A stretch of DNA of 61,892 nucleotides, filler included. It is 14 parts of 14 records of this genome, joined end to end, with 100 filler letters (N's around TTAATTAATTAA, not from the genome) between each part and the next. Parts side by side here need not be neighbours in the genome. Positions count along the whole stretch, not along the records: positions 1 to 4,946 come from SRR15195285_3450; positions 5,047 to 8,471 come from SRR15195285_3453; positions 8,572 to 12,775 come from SRR15195285_3456; positions 12,876 to 16,776 come from SRR15195285_3458; 10 more parts are not named here. One strand, written 5' to 3'. Shown here one piece after another: positions 1 to 13,026 of the stretch. Each line of letters starts with the position of its first letter. Position 1 is the stretch's first letter. Position numbers and translations under genes: made by a program. Below the pieces are notes generated by a model. The model was given only the letters and a program-made list of their open reading frames with translations, ran no database searches and was not told where the DNA came from.

Positions 1-2204
1 CTGCTGCTGCTGCTGCTGCTGCTGTTGGTCATCCTGTGTCCTCCAGCAGCATCACTCGCACTGGTTACCGCGATGTCAAAGATGCGCGCAGGTAATCCAC
101 CCACCTTGTTGCGGAGGGATACCACCGGCCAGTCGCTGTAGGCGTATCGCACCCGTCCCGCAGCTGTTGTGTTCAAAAACGCTGGTGCCACCACTAGCTC
201 GACTACCTGGGGTGACACAAGGGCAGCTGACTGTGGAGCCTGCCATACCCCACCAATCTGCAGTTCAAACCCAAGTTTCTGCGCTCGCCGACAGTAAACG
301 TCGAGTACAACAGTTGGACAATCGGCCTTTGTGTCAAGTGACAATCCACCGGCACCGCTCTGTGTCTCGAAATGCACATGCACGGTAGATGGAGCAGAAC
401 TTGTAGTGTCGCTTGAGGCACGCAGTGCATGAGCAATTGCGACGGCATGGAGTGGGCGAGGGCCGCTGTACAAAACCGTCTCCTCGTAGAGTGCATGCCG
501 CATCGCGAGTGCAAGCCTGCATATACACGATCGGCCAAAGCAACGGAACAGTGAAAGTGAGGCACGCCACTCAAACTATCAGAATTCTCCTGCACAACAG
601 AGGCTCAACCTTCGATGTTGGGGATGGAAACTTACCGCTGTGCCAGCCCCTGTTTGTTTGTCGGGTGAATGCTTGCGTATGGCAACGGATGAAGCGCCCC
701 GAGGTCCATCGCCGAGGCTAAATACGCTGCCGAGTCCTTAGCAAGTATAGCAGCCTGCGCGATTCGCATCTCCGGTAGGTGGTAGTCCTCGGCGGTGAGT
801 GTGGTAGTGTTCGAATCACAGAAGACCATGAATGTACTTTCGTCGTTTTGGTTGCAGTACGCGGCTAGCTCCACGATGAAGAATGGGAGCGCTTTGTTCG
901 CGCCGCTGGCACCAAATCCAACCGGCTGTTTCGGTAAGCGGTCACGCCAGGCACGTACCATGGTAGGCAAGGCGCAGCGATAGTAGTCAGCACCATTCTC
1001 AGGACCATGTGTATCGTTCACGTGGTCATTTGGACCAACGTTGCTTTCGCCCTACCGTACTCACGTTCATGATTCACGAACCAGAATGTGAAACACAGCA
1101 GAGGAGAGTATTCGACGACATATAATTATTGGGCATCTATCAACGAGATGCGCATTGACGCGCACCTGGTACCAGACGACGGAGCTGACCGCTTGCTTGG
1201 CGTGCACAAACGGGTGTATCATGCTATTATACAAGTGCGAGTCTACTGCCGTTGGACCTTCCGGATCACGGGGACCAGTGTAGCATTCATCTAGCGTTGC
1301 ATTGGGCATCCATTTCTAGCACAAACACACGCACACACGAATCGAGCCACGTCAGACAAGCTGCAGATAGGATCAACGATAGAACGATGGTTGCCGTTCG
1401 AACCTGGATTGGGGTGCCAGGGACGTCGCTCTGAATGATTCCGATAGGAACCGCCTCATGCTGCGCTGCGTACAGTGCACGGCCCAGGTACCATCCCAGC
1501 GCGGAGTAACCGACGATGTTGGTAGCGTTCGCACGGGCCCAGCGTAGGCAGCCACATTGAGCGGAGGGTAGCTTGCATGGTACTTCGTATGTGAGCTGCG
1601 TCTGCTCAGTTGGTTGCATGCCTTGCCCAACAGCCATTAGCCGCAGTCGCGTGCCCACGCGGTCTGCCTCGGCCTGATTTTCCAGCTGGGCTGTCCAATT
1701 GAACTGATTCGAGTAGTTGACCGAGATACCGACGTTGCTCTGACCAGAGACCAACACCACATCGCCCACCAAAATATCCGACAGCGTGGCTAGCGGAGAC
1801 GACTCAGAGTTGAAGCTGCTGCCGGAGTAGAGCGATATTGTCATCGGCTCGGAAGGCATCCACTGGGAACCCGAGTGTGGCATGGGTGGCAGAGTGCCCT
1901 CAAAAACCGACGAGTCGGTGGTCGACACTGACACTGAGGCATTGCAGAGCTTGGCTATGCAGTTGGGCCCCTGCTGGATCACGATCGTGCAGCCCGATGA
2001 GCAGTCCCCGGTACCCCAGAGAGCGAGTGGCGCGTTGCGTTGCAGCACCATGGAGTCACCAAACGTGTTTGCGAAGTTGTACAGTTGAGATGCTGGTCCA
2101 CCTGCTCGCGCCCCACTTGACGACGATGCAGCCACTGCTGCGCCTGTCACGGTGAACAGCGTTCGCATCACGCCCAGCTGCAAAAGAAGAGTCTCAACCT
2201 GCAT
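1..2204 (-). CDS. Sialate O-acetylesterase-like (SASA/SGNH) secreted esterase, multi-exon, 3' end runs off the contig
   Basis: Spliced motifs: GDSMVLQRN, GDVVLVSGQSN, PIGIIQSDVPGTPIQ|KW, LYNSMIHP, VVWYQ|GESN, IHPTNKQGLAQR|LALAMR, VRYAYSDWP...LPA. GT-AG introns at about 1316-1403, 1052-1165 and 517-635. Confidence 0.9.
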
Positions 2205-2743
2205 GTTCTCTCCCGGCGATCAATTCACTTCCGTCAGCACACCAGGTCTACAGTACGTCTAAGCGCTACCCAGCAGAGGCAGGCAGTGGACGAGTACGTC
2301 GCCGAGCTCAGTACATGCGTGCATGTGTATGTACTTATATGTATTCGAATACTACCATCAGGTGACAGCGTGCGCATGCACGCGCGCGTCGATCAGTGAT
2401 TCACTGATTCAGACGTCCTGAGTGTACCCGGCGGGATTTTCGTGTACACACACAATCTGGCCGCTTTTCCGGCCTGCACTACTGGTACCCTGGAGTGGTG
2501 CTAGCACGTCCAGACGTCCGCCGGCATCCGCGCCCTTCAAAGCTTCAACCTTCATAGATCATAGGCCGCGGCCGCGCGCGCGGGGCCGCCCGCCGCCCTC
2601 GCGCGCGGTGGCGTGCCTGCACCGCTGGCTGCAGAGCGCCCGGCATATACGAGGCCTGAATGCCTGATGCGTGATGGGCCGCCGTACTCAGAGCACCGCT
2701 GGGCTATAGGCACCTGTAGTAGCACACACTGCGGCCGAGCGAT

Positions 2744-4250
2744 ATGGCAAGCGCTGGGCTGACCGACTGGTATACTGGCTCGTATGCGCCCTCCGTGCCT
2801 GTCGTCCTGTCCGCTCCACACGGTGGGCGGCAGATGCCAGTGGACATCCCAGAGCGCACCTCTGGCTGCCTGTGCGAGGATGCCGGGTCGTTGGAGCTCG
2901 CGAGAGCGATCCGGGCGGAGTTTGGGCGACGGCTGGGGGCAGTCCCACACTTAGTGGCCAGCCAGCTTCACCGTACGAAGCTGGACGCCAACCGTGGCCG
3001 CAACTCGGCCGCGGCACCAGAGTCCCACGGCGCGCTCGCTGCATGGGACTGCTATCACAGCTGGATCCGCGAGGCGCTCGACGATGTAGTCGGGCAGCAT
3101 GGGTTTGCCCTGCTGCTTGATATCCACGGACAGGATCACCGGTGCGTACTGTTCCAAAATTACTGCCTCGGGCCCGTTTGACGCTTCCGTGCTTCGCGCT
3201 GACCTGCCCCACATGGCCCACGTGCCGTCTCTCGCGCGCCAGTCCGGACGCGAGTGAGCTCGGATACGGGCTGTCAGCCGTAGAGCTACTAGGCGATGAT
3301 GCCAGCCTCGATGGCAATGATCAGGTCTCGGCGTGTCCGCCAACATCCAGCCTCAGTGCACTGCTGCGCCGCCGAAGCGGTGAGGTGAGCCTTTCTTCGC
3401 TGGTGCGTGGTCCGGAATCGCTGGGATCGCTTCTGGAGCGTCAGGGATACGCCAGTACACCCTCATCATCTCGTCCGGTCCCAGTATCGGAAGAAGCGCT
3501 GCGTTCGACACTCTCTGCTGCCCTCGCAGGCACCGAGACCAACGCTCCAGCACCAGTGGCCGGGGAGCCATTTGCACGCCGTACTGAAGCCCAGGCGGAC
3601 GCTGTGACGGACGTGCTAGAGGATCTCCTTGTTCGCCATGGGTATGCCGAGTCAAAGTTGCACGCAAGCGTAGGCGCTGCTGCGTTGCTGCCCTTTACGC
3701 GTCAGGACAGCTGGGTGGAAGTGCCGGTAGCGATGCCTAATGCAGGTGGTTGCGAGGAGGCTGGAGGCCAAGACGCGAGTGGAACCAGTCGTGAAGAGGG
3801 GGACTTTGACCGGGGCAGCTCAGTGATTTATCCACCAATCATTGAGTCGGGGCTAGACGGTCAGTCTGATGTTGAGGGTGTGTATTTCGGCGGCGCATAC
3901 ACTCTGCGGTGCTATGGAATTGGGGCGGAAGTGCGTGCTTTACCCTCCCACACCCGATGCAGATGGAGGTAGCTAAGGTCCACCCGGACGGACAAGCATT
4001 TGGCAGCAGAGACTAGCATCTACGTGCTGTGCGCTAACAATTTTTGCATAATTGTGGTGATGCTTCGCAGGCGGTAGTGGCGGTTCAAATTGAGGCGGAG
4101 ACACGCGCCCGTAGCAGCCCCGAAGGCCAACGCGACTATGCGACAGCGTTGACTTCGGCTGTGTTGGCGTGGCTCAAAGCACATTATGGATGGGAGCTGG
4201 ATACGTCGAAGACATGTCTGCCTCCAAGCTCCGGCAGCTCCGCTAGCTGA
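2744..4250 (+). CDS. N-formylglutamate amidohydrolase-like (Zn-exopeptidase fold) protein, 3 exons
   Basis: Motifs VVLSAPHGG, LHRTKLDANR, LLLDIHGQ, ELGY, YFGGAYT, AVQIE. Introns 3142-3242 and 3931-4070 (GTGCG...AG) restore a single frame. Confidence 0.75.
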
Positions 4251-4946
4251 TGCACGCGATTCTACGTGGACAAGGGCAACCATGCACTAGTGGTATAACA
4301 TCTAGATCCGACCGGCCAGACGACGTTTGGGCCTTCCCTACCACACGAGTGGCTACCCATCCGAACGCCACGCAACCTTTGCCGTGGCCCCAAATTGGAA
4401 ACTGGCGTTCGGCACGCGATACTGTACGTGTGTAGGTTTATTGTAAAGCAATACAAAATGGTACCAATAGCATGACTGGCCCGGGGGCCATGATAGTACC
4501 GGTACAAAGTACAACTCGGCTATGCCAGAGCAACATCAGCAGCAGCAGCCGTCGCCACCACCGTCGCGACCTACCACCATGAGTAGGTGGCGCACCGACA
4601 GCCAGCTCGACACACTGCTGATTATTGGTGCGGATGCGGCTGCGCCAAACTTCTACCATCAATCAAACTACCGTTGGCCAGCAACTCCCAATACAATCGT
4701 ATGTATATGGATCAGTGGCAGCAAACACCGAGAGAAATAGAGCCAGGACGCCGCAGGCCGACAGTGGCACTAGTGGGCTCACAACGACAGGCGGCGCCGC
4801 GGTGGTACATTGGCATTACCGCTACAACTACAAGCCGCCCGCAACACAAGCAGAAGCTGTGCTCGACCAGATGTGCTCGACCAGAATGACGAAGACGAGA
4901 TCCAAAAGTTACGCTATAAAACAGAGTCACGTAGCGGCCACGTGAC

Positions 4947-5046
4947 NNNNNNNNNNNNNNNNNNNNNNNNNNNNNNNNNNNNNNNNNNNNTTAATTAATT
5001 AANNNNNNNNNNNNNNNNNNNNNNNNNNNNNNNNNNNNNNNNNNNN
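4947..5046. other. Artificial contig spacer (N44-TTAATTAATTAA-N44); first of 13
   Basis: Identical 100-nt blocks also start at 8472, 12776, 16777, 20463, 24544, 29741, 34841, 39266, 43306, 48167, 51472 and 57983. The central 12-mer puts stops in all frames. Confidence 0.99.
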
Positions 5047-5052
5047 GTAAGC

Positions 5053-7502
5053 TTGATCACTTTGCCAGGGTGGCTGGAGACATGCCTAATATTGATTTTG
5101 AAGCGTATGGAGCACCGAGCGGATTTGCAGCTGGGTAATGTTGGCGTTGATAGCTCGCTCTCCAGTGAAGAGCAACTTGCACAGGCAAAAGCAAGAGCGC
5201 GATCGGTAGCTTATGGAGGGCCTGACACGGTAGGCAAGGAGGGTGGCAATTGTTGCTGCGGTTCAGTTGACGATAGTATAGACCAAGACATTCAAGACAT
5301 GAGAGTGGCTTTTGGGACGACAAATGTGCATCACCTGGAGGCGTGTCAGCACAAGACGGTTTTGGACACACAAATATCCCAGATAGACGCTGCTGCACAG
5401 CCTCAGGAGCAGGCTCAGCAATTCGATATAGACGACAAACTGATCACTGCAGAGATGCAGCGCTCAGATCCACTTGCAGCGCACGAAGCCTTCGTGGCGG
5501 GAGAGCGAATCGTCAAAGGGACGTTCCGTAGATGGTTTGTTGAGTTTCTCGGCGGCGTCGAGCACTCTCAATTCGATCTCTCAGAACCAAGAGACGAGGT
5601 GCTCACGGCAACCAGGGAGGTGCAACAGGTGTACGGCACACTGATGACGGCCCCAGACAATCCAGAGGTTCTGGAAATAGATGTTGCCGGCTTGTCGCAT
5701 CAACGTGCGCAGGAGTCAGTCAGGTGAGCCTTCTGCATGCCTATCTTCGGCCACTCATGTCGTTTTCACCCGCTCCTTGGTCGCAGTTGGTCTCGTCTCG
5801 CTATTTTGTCGTAAAACTGCACACAGCAGCCATAGCCGGGCAATCAATCATTAGGTTGTTGCATCGACGTGTGCCCTTTTCTAATGTGTGTGTGCTCGAC
5901 TCGTGTGCAGTGATATGCGAGAACACCTTAGCCAATTTGGGGCACACTTTCAGCGAGTCAGGGCAGAGAAGGAAGCAATTCGAAAGCATGTTGAGCGTCT
6001 GGCAGCAGGAACTTCCGTGGCCCATATCCTACAGGACGACGGTTGCATCCTTTTGGAATCGTCTCGACCAGGAGTTTCCATGAAAATCGCCGAAACAAGA
6101 CTCAACCGCCCACTTCGCCATGGGGTTATGGCGGAGTGGACTTTTGTCCCTATTGACGCGCAGATATTGGGCAATGGCAAATATGATCAGCTCCTACTTA
6201 CACAAGACTACCTCAGACTACGTAGCTCGTTCGGTCGGATGTGCTACTGTCCTGCAGCCGCTGGCTGTCGTCCCACAACCGTGGACTACACCATGCTTCT
6301 GCGAGATGTGACAGTGATTGAGATGGGAACTGAACTGATCCCATGGACAGTGTTTCTCCCGATACTCTGGAGCGTTCTGCTGCCACTGCTATGGTTAATG
6401 TACTGGCACGGTGAGTCGAGCGAGTACACAGTGGTCTACATGAACTATGCATTCGGGGTGCTGGCTTTGATCACATCGGGTATTGCAATGTTGGCTTTTC
6501 TGGATGACGTTGGTACCGGCGAAGAGCGCCGACCTACTGCCTGGGCTTTCGCCTTCCTGACAATTTTGTGCCTGTTCCCCACTTTCTTGGTCGATGAGAT
6601 GTCGTTCCAACATGTTGCGATACTTGGCACATTTCTGTTGAGTTACTTGCCTGGCACATTTTTCTTCAGCATCTATGGCGATAAAAAGTGGATTCTATCC
6701 TTACTGGCACCTGTCTTCGCTGTGGCCTTCATGACTTCATTACACGTCAGCTTCAACAAATGCATCCTATACTCAGTGGTCATCTATGTTCTTGGCGTGA
6801 CTATCTCCGCAAACCGCGGCTGGACCCGCCGACCGTACGTATACTGTGGTGTGCTTGTCGGTTCTGATGCACGAGGCGGGGCACATGGATACGGCAAAGG
6901 CACGTCGCCGTTCTGGGTGCGCATGGCACGCGGACAGACGATGGTCGTTCTTGAGGAAGTGGTAGAATCTATTCGCAATGCTGCGAAGATGTCACTGCAA
7001 CAGGATCTTGCTTACGCAAAGAAAGGCGGAAGCAACACTCGGGAGGGCGAGTCCAATTTCAATCCCGTTTTCGACCATACAGACCAAGACACTATGTCCG
7101 CGACGCAAGTCGTAGTAGACCACACCATATCTGAATTGGGGGGAGGGATGCTATTGATGACGATGGAAGGTGTCCCATGGCTTGTAGCAACACTATCAAA
7201 CGCATATGTTCTGCTCGCAGCACTTGTCGTTGCTCATCTCGAGGTTGCGAACAGCCGTGGTGAAGGAGTTGCCGATTCAGCGGCGGTCGAGGTTGGATTT
7301 GACGATGCGAAGGTGATTGCAATCATTTTGTTGACAGCGATGCTTTATTGCCCTGCCTAACTAGCGTGTTTTCTTGGGTGCTTGTGTCGCTACTGCCCAT
7401 GCTTTTCTGCACTGATGAACGGTGCTACTTGCCACTCACGGAACACGCTTTCGGCTTGAACAGGATGCGATCGATTCCATCGACGCTTTTTTCAACCCAT
7501 AA
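5053..7502 (+). CDS. Uncharacterised multi-pass membrane protein (5' partial)
   Basis: ORFs 5053-5727 and 5888-7360 join via a GTGAGC...TGCAG intron (about 5724-5910). There is a run of roughly 6-7 hydrophobic helices at 6330-6810 and a probable short last exon DAIDSIDAFFNP*. Confidence 0.6.
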
Positions 7503-7946
7503 CAGTCGAAGGTCTTCAATATTTCCCATCTCAGTTGTGGTACCTCAGTATTTCCCAACTTTTCACCGCGACATGCGACTGTAGGGCTTCCACTACAGTG
7601 AGCATTGTGGCGAAGCTTAGGCACAAGAATGCATGACATCTACGGGGATCCATTATCGTATTTCGATGGCTGCGATGGTGTCTTTGTTCATCGACATTTC
7701 GTTTTGAGTCCGCAGAGCCATTATGCACTAGACAGACGTTGTGCAATACCACTGTGCTACAGTATGGTCTATCAGAATGGTCCAGTGAGCTAGCATTTTG
7801 GAAGATTCCTTGGCGGACAATGATGATTCGAATACTTGGCAATCGTCGCAAATTGTTCGAGTGTTCTTACTCACAAATGCAAAGGACCAAAGGTTTCGCA
7901 CGCAAGCTTTGTTCGCTGGGTAACGGCTATAGCTGCTCGCCTTGCG

Positions 7947-8471
7947 CTACGTTCGTCTCAGCGTCGGCTTGGACTGCTGCGAACGGCCATATTTAGTAAA
8001 TCGATCGGCTGTTGCCCCTGTCACTGCAGCTGCAGCTGCAGTGAGGTGTTGTGTGTCCTCATCATCACTGTCGGAGGAACCCCATTTCAGGGCTTGCTGC
8101 TCACCATCAGCTCGACCTGCGCTATCGCACATTTCGTCGTCGTCATCTGCCCACACGTCATCGTCTGTCTCGTCTGATTCCCACTCGGTAGCTCGCCTTG
8201 CGTGGTGTAACGATCCACGATTGACTCTACGATTGATTGCTTCTCGCCTGGCGTCGTTGTTGTCATCGTCGTCGCCGTCGTCGTCGTCCGACCACACTGA
8301 TCGTGGAGGACTGTTTTCGTGTGTAGTATCGTGTTCTGTCGAGCGCTTGCGCTTTACGCCGTTGCTACGGTTACTGGCCCCGACTGTTCCTGTCACCTCT
8401 GCCTCCACCTCCACCTGCGCTGCTGCTGCTGCTTCAGCTGCTTCAGCTGCTGCTGCTGCTGCTGCTGCTGC
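7947..8471 (-). CDS. Fragment of an acidic, low-complexity protein (5' truncated at a poly-Ala trinucleotide repeat)
   Basis: Open frame from the contig edge with poly-Ala, Asp-rich tracts and a KRKR motif; no recognisable domain. Confidence 0.35.
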   Translation of the reverse strand, partial: AAAAAAAAAEAAEAAAAAQVEVEAEVTGTVGASNRSNGVKRKRSTEHDTTHENSPPRSVWSDDDDGDDDDNNDARREAINRRVNRGSLHHARRATEWESDETDDDVWADDDDEMCDSAGRADGEQQALKWGSSDSDDEDTQHLTAAAAAVTGATADRFTKYGRSQQSKPTLRRT

Positions 8472-9090
8472 NNNNNNNNNNNNNNNNNNNNNNNNNNNNN
8501 NNNNNNNNNNNNNNNTTAATTAATTAANNNNNNNNNNNNNNNNNNNNNNNNNNNNNNNNNNNNNNNNNNNNCCTGGGCACTGCAGTCTGATCGACTCGTT
8601 TAGCGCACGCTGTAGTCAATTGCGTCGGCGCCGCGCGCGCGGTACGTGCGTGTACACGCATGGCATGCAGCAGCCGTACCGACGACCCACGGTCCGCCGC
8701 GATCATACTCCGTCGGCGCGATACTGGGCACCAGCTGCTGCTACTGCGGCCTCGCCGAGCGCCAGGCGTCCCTCGCTCTGACACGCCGTGCTTGCGGCAG
8801 CGAGTCCAGCTGGTAGCCAGAGCCGCCTTGCCAGCACTTACTGTCAGTGGACTCTGCCTGCTCGTTGGCGGCGGCGCTGCCCTGGGCTGTTGAGGCGTGT
8901 GTTCGTTCTGGCAGAGTTAAGGGAGACGAGAGAGCAACGAGACGGAGAGGAATCCGGTGCCCCGCGTTTTGCACGCTAGAACGCCGCATTGCCACGGTAG
9001 CGCTGCTGAGGCGCAGGGCAGGCGGGGGTAGCATTGCTGAGCGGGGCGAGTACCTGAGTCTGGTCGTCACCCCAGCGCAAGGAGCCGCAC

Positions 9091-9435
9091 ATGGCAGACC
9101 CGTGGTACGAGGGGCAGCCAGATGCCGCCCGGGGCTCTGCGCGCATCAAGCAGCTCATGGCGGGGCCTGGGAACAGAGAAGTCGTCCACAAGCTAGTGCG
9201 GTGGACAGTCGTCATGTTCACAGCTCCATTCATCGCATACTTCGGGTGCACGAATCTCCTGGATTCAGGGCCGATCTGGGCCGGTATCGCAGCGATCGTA
9301 GTGGTGCAGATCGTCATATTTGGGTATGTGTTCGTGGCGTTCACGGAAGACTTGGAAATTGATCGAGAGGAGGACGATGCACCGTCGTCCTCGCAGCCGG
9401 CCAGTACAAGTGCTGACGCTAAAAAGAAGCGGTAG
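9091..9435 (+). CDS. VMA21: Vacuolar ATPase assembly factor VMA21-like
   Basis: 114 aa with two TM helices (KLVRWTVVMFTAPFIAYF; WAGIAAIVVVQIVIFGYVFVAFTED) and a C-terminal di-lysine ER-retrieval signal (KKKR*). Confidence 0.85.
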   Translation: MADPWYEGQPDAARGSARIKQLMAGPGNREVVHKLVRWTVVMFTAPFIAYFGCTNLLDSGPIWAGIAAIVVVQIVIFGYVFVAFTEDLEIDREEDDAPSSSQPASTSADAKKKR

Positions 9436-9647
9436 CGACAGCTGCGACTACTCTCCAGAAGCGTGTCTGCTGCTGATTGTGCTGGGTGTGGCTGGCGGTG
9501 GTGTGGTTGGTTCACACAAGGAGCGAGCCAAGCTCGTCCATCTTGCGTGTGGCAAAAAATTGTCGGCCCGCCATTCTCAGTAATCTGCAACAGATTTAAT
9601 TCGTGCTTCTATGATTTGCGGTGCTGAAACTGAAGTTGTACAGCGTG

Positions 9648-11931
9648 TTACGACGACGACGCGCGTCTTCTCTTCTTCTTCTTCTTCTTGTGCTTAGATT
9701 TCTTGCTGCGCTTGCGCTTGCGGCTTCCATCGCCCTGCATCCCTTCATCACCGCGGCTCGCCCTTCCGGCTTCATCCAGGCCTTGCTCGCGGCCACCTGA
9801 TCCCCGACTAGTCGCCGCACCACTGCCGTCGTCGCCCGACTCTCGCTCGCCACTGTTCCTGCTGTCTGAGCTGCGCCTCGACTCGTGACTCAAACGCCCA
9901 CTTGATTCTCCACCCTTCCTGTCTGAAGACGAAGTGCACGAAGATGAAGATGATGTAGAGGTGCTTGAGCCTGGATTGGTTGAGTAGATTTCCAGCCGCT
10001 CTCTTGGCGTTTCAGCCAGAGTGACGCTGTGCTGCGCATGGTCCTGCAACAAGCACAGCACCTCCCAAGCCGTCGGGCGTTCCGTTGGGTTGAGCGTTGT
10101 ACATCTCTGCTGCAGCTGCTCTAACGCAGTGCGCTCGGCAACCGAGCTCCAACCTGCCACAGAACAAGAACACAGTTGTATGGGCGCTCACGTGCAGGGC
10201 AGCATCAGGGGTCAGGAAGCAGCTGAGCCTTACCTCCATTCATTTGAGCGAGAATCAGGTTCACCATCACCCCGAATGAGTATATGTCGACCGACGGATG
10301 TGCCGTATAGCCATCTGATTTGCCACAGACGAAAATACAACGTAGTGCAACGTCATCGAACAATCTAATCTTGTCAGCTAGCTGAGCCACAGCAGCCAGC
10401 AGACCGAACGGTGGTGCAAGTGGGTGATACGATGTTGCACGCGTCAACGTACCAGCTCCCATTTCTGGCGGGCGGTATCTTCGCGTACCCACCACACGCG
10501 ACAGCCATTGGGGTGGGTCTGCAGTAGCAATGCGAGCACATACAAAACTTAGTGCCGATCACGGGGCTCAAAAATAATAATTATACAGCGAGTGACTTCC
10601 TCACCGTCATTAAGATTGCAACTACAGGCACCCCACACATTTTCAATGACAGACGAACAGTAGCGCCGAAATTAGAGCACATCACGAATGCGATATAGCA
10701 AAATTCAATCTTACGCCAATCCAAAATCGATCAGAAGCGAGCGGGCTCTAGAACCTTTGGACGTGACCTGCAGTGCATGTGCCGGCACGGATTTCCGTCA
10801 GAGTAGCTTCCCAGAGCACGAGGCTTCCCAGGCGAGAGACAAAGCGCACCAAGACGTTCCGCGCCTTCACCTACATAGGCGGACAAAACCGCCACTCAAA
10901 ATATCAGAACTGACAGAATGACGTAACAGGCTGAATGGTGTGGGTTGGCATCCTCACATCTCTGTGAACAATTCCACACGCGTGCAGTCGCGCTAACGCT
11001 CTGGCAACCCCCGCCAGAACCGTGACCTGCAGGTCATTCCAGAAAGGCAAGTGTCAACCCAGTGGCGATCGCCGCGTTGCACAACCACTACAGCCTCTAA
11101 TGGATATCTATGAGCAAACATGGTCCAGTCACGGCAAGATGAGTTGGATGTGTGATGCAGTGGCTGTACCAGGTTCACCTGCGTTCCCAACAACATCCGA
11201 AAGCTAGTGAGATCAGGCTTAACCTGATACGCAATACATTTTGGCGTGTGGAAAGTGCTTGCTGCCAAAATAGTACGCACGCTCCGGACCACCTTCGTCA
11301 GTCTCAGCACATATCTCGCGTGTTCCATCACCAAGCAAACGCGGCCAGACTCGCCTGTTGATGCATTCGCACAGCAGACATTAGTAGACCCTGGAGGCGC
11401 ACGCTCGCTCAAACTGGAACAAGGGTCAAATGTGGCAAGCCGTTCCGTAGATATACGCACGAAAGGATCCATAGAGTTGAATCACGTTGGGATGTGGGCC
11501 ACATTGCCTCAGGTAGCGTATTTCCCGCAGTAGCGAGCTGTACAGACCACACAAGCCGGTTGAATGCCTCATGCTGTCTCACGCTGAGGCAGCTATGGCT
11601 CACTCACGGGGTGCTTGTAAGCTTCTTCGGGGACGTCTCCTTGATCGCAACAATCATACCAACCATTGTGGTCTCATACACATTCGCGTACCTGTCACAC
11701 GCCACAGAAATGGGCATGAAGATTTAACGGGTCTCCTTAAAGCGTGAAAACTTGGTGAGATTGTTAAGAGCAGTTCAGAGAGACACACCCGCCGCTGGAA
11801 ATCTTCAGCCAGCGTGCTCGCGGCTCGATCTCAGCTGGGTTGAACATTTCGCTGCCTATTGGCTCTTCCGAGAGCGGTGGCCAGTCTGGTGACTGCTCGC
11901 GCGTCTCACGTGACGCTGGTGAGGACGCCAT
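9648..11931 (-). CDS. Ser/Thr protein kinase with many short introns and a basic Ser/Lys/Arg-rich tail
   Basis: Subdomains in successive exons: IVAIKE, LREIRYLRQCGPHPNVIQLYG, CLVMEHA, GIVHRD|VKARNVL|, LIDFGLA, GTRRYRPPE, SVDIYSFGV, ERPTA. Confidence 0.88.
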
Positions 11932-12605
11932 GTTCGCAGTGCGTGGAAGTTTGACCAACACGGCCTGCTCTCCGTGCGAGCCACCACCACAGCGCCCACA
12001 GACAACCGGCTTGCTCACAACCTACCCTCTTCCCACCGCCCGTTTACAACCAGCGTGTGCTGCACCCCAGCCCGAGCCTCAGCACTGCAGTGCAGTCTGC
12101 AGTGCAGCGAGCGTGCGGGTCACGCACGGCCAAGCGACCCCGGCGCGATCCGACGCCGCGCGGCGAGGATCCTACCTCGCCCCGCGCGGTCGCGCATGCG
12201 CAACAAATGCAATGCAATATCGAATATCAATACTAGTATGCATAAGCGCAGATGCATGTCGGATTCCCTGCTCTGAATCGTGTGATGCAAAACACTCGAA
12301 ATGCATACAGCTGTATGTATTGATAAATCCCGGCGTACACTGTACCAGACGGTCCATCGGGAGCGGATCAAGGGATCATCGGATCATGGATTCCGGTGTT
12401 GCTTGCAAGCTGGCTGCCTCACGTCCCTGAGTGCGATGCTCACGTCCAATTTCACTGAAGTTTCACTGCTGTTGTTGATCAGCAAGCACTTGTTGACCAG
12501 CATTCTCGGATGGCGGCACGCACCACATCGTACACAGTGTACTACACGTACAGTACATGTACTATTGATACGGTGAAGTGCAATGAATTGATCTTGACTG
12601 TTGTT

Positions 12606-12655
12606 TTTGGAAAATGAATGTGGAAAATCAATTTGGAAAATGAATTTGGAAAATG
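12606..12655. repeat. Four tandem 13-bp units (consensus TTTGGAAAATGAA)
   Basis: TGGAAAAT cores at 12608, 12621, 12634 and 12647. Confidence 0.85.
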
Positions 12656-13026
12656 CTCAGACTCGACTCAGGGCCAGTACACGAGTACAGTACAGGAGTA
12701 CAGATGGCCTGCAAGCTGGTGAACGAAAAACTGTGCTCTGGGACACGAATTCCATCCGTCGGGCGGATCAGGAATNNNNNNNNNNNNNNNNNNNNNNNNN
12801 NNNNNNNNNNNNNNNNNNNTTAATTAATTAANNNNNNNNNNNNNNNNNNNNNNNNNNNNNNNNNNNNNNNNNNNNCTTGGCGTGAGATTGGAGGCTGTGG
12901 AGAAGCAGCTGAAGGCGACGCAATCGGACGCCACCGCCTGACAACGCAGTTGTATACCATGTAACGATTCGATTGAGTCCTGCGGCTCACACTGTACACC
13001 ATTACCTGCAGGTAGTACAGTATCTA

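Noticed and set aside
1-24. Joining contigs through their terminal CAG/CTG runs (1-24, 8419-8471, 61866-61892)
   Set aside because: Simple repeats give no unique overlap, so the join cannot be supported.
4522-4946. Short overlapping ORFs and a TGTGCTCGACCAGA tandem duplication
   Set aside because: No coherent frame, splice pattern or transposase motif could be identified.
4991-5002. TTAATTAATTAA recurring 13 times
   Set aside because: Always centred in exactly 44+44 Ns, so it is an artificial joiner and not a biological repeat or CRISPR array.
5665-6060. Possible Smr/MutS2 domain (LEIDVAGLSHQRAQE)
   Set aside because: It lacks the DLHG and the (H/T)GxG motifs, and the likely splice removes the segment that strengthened the resemblance.
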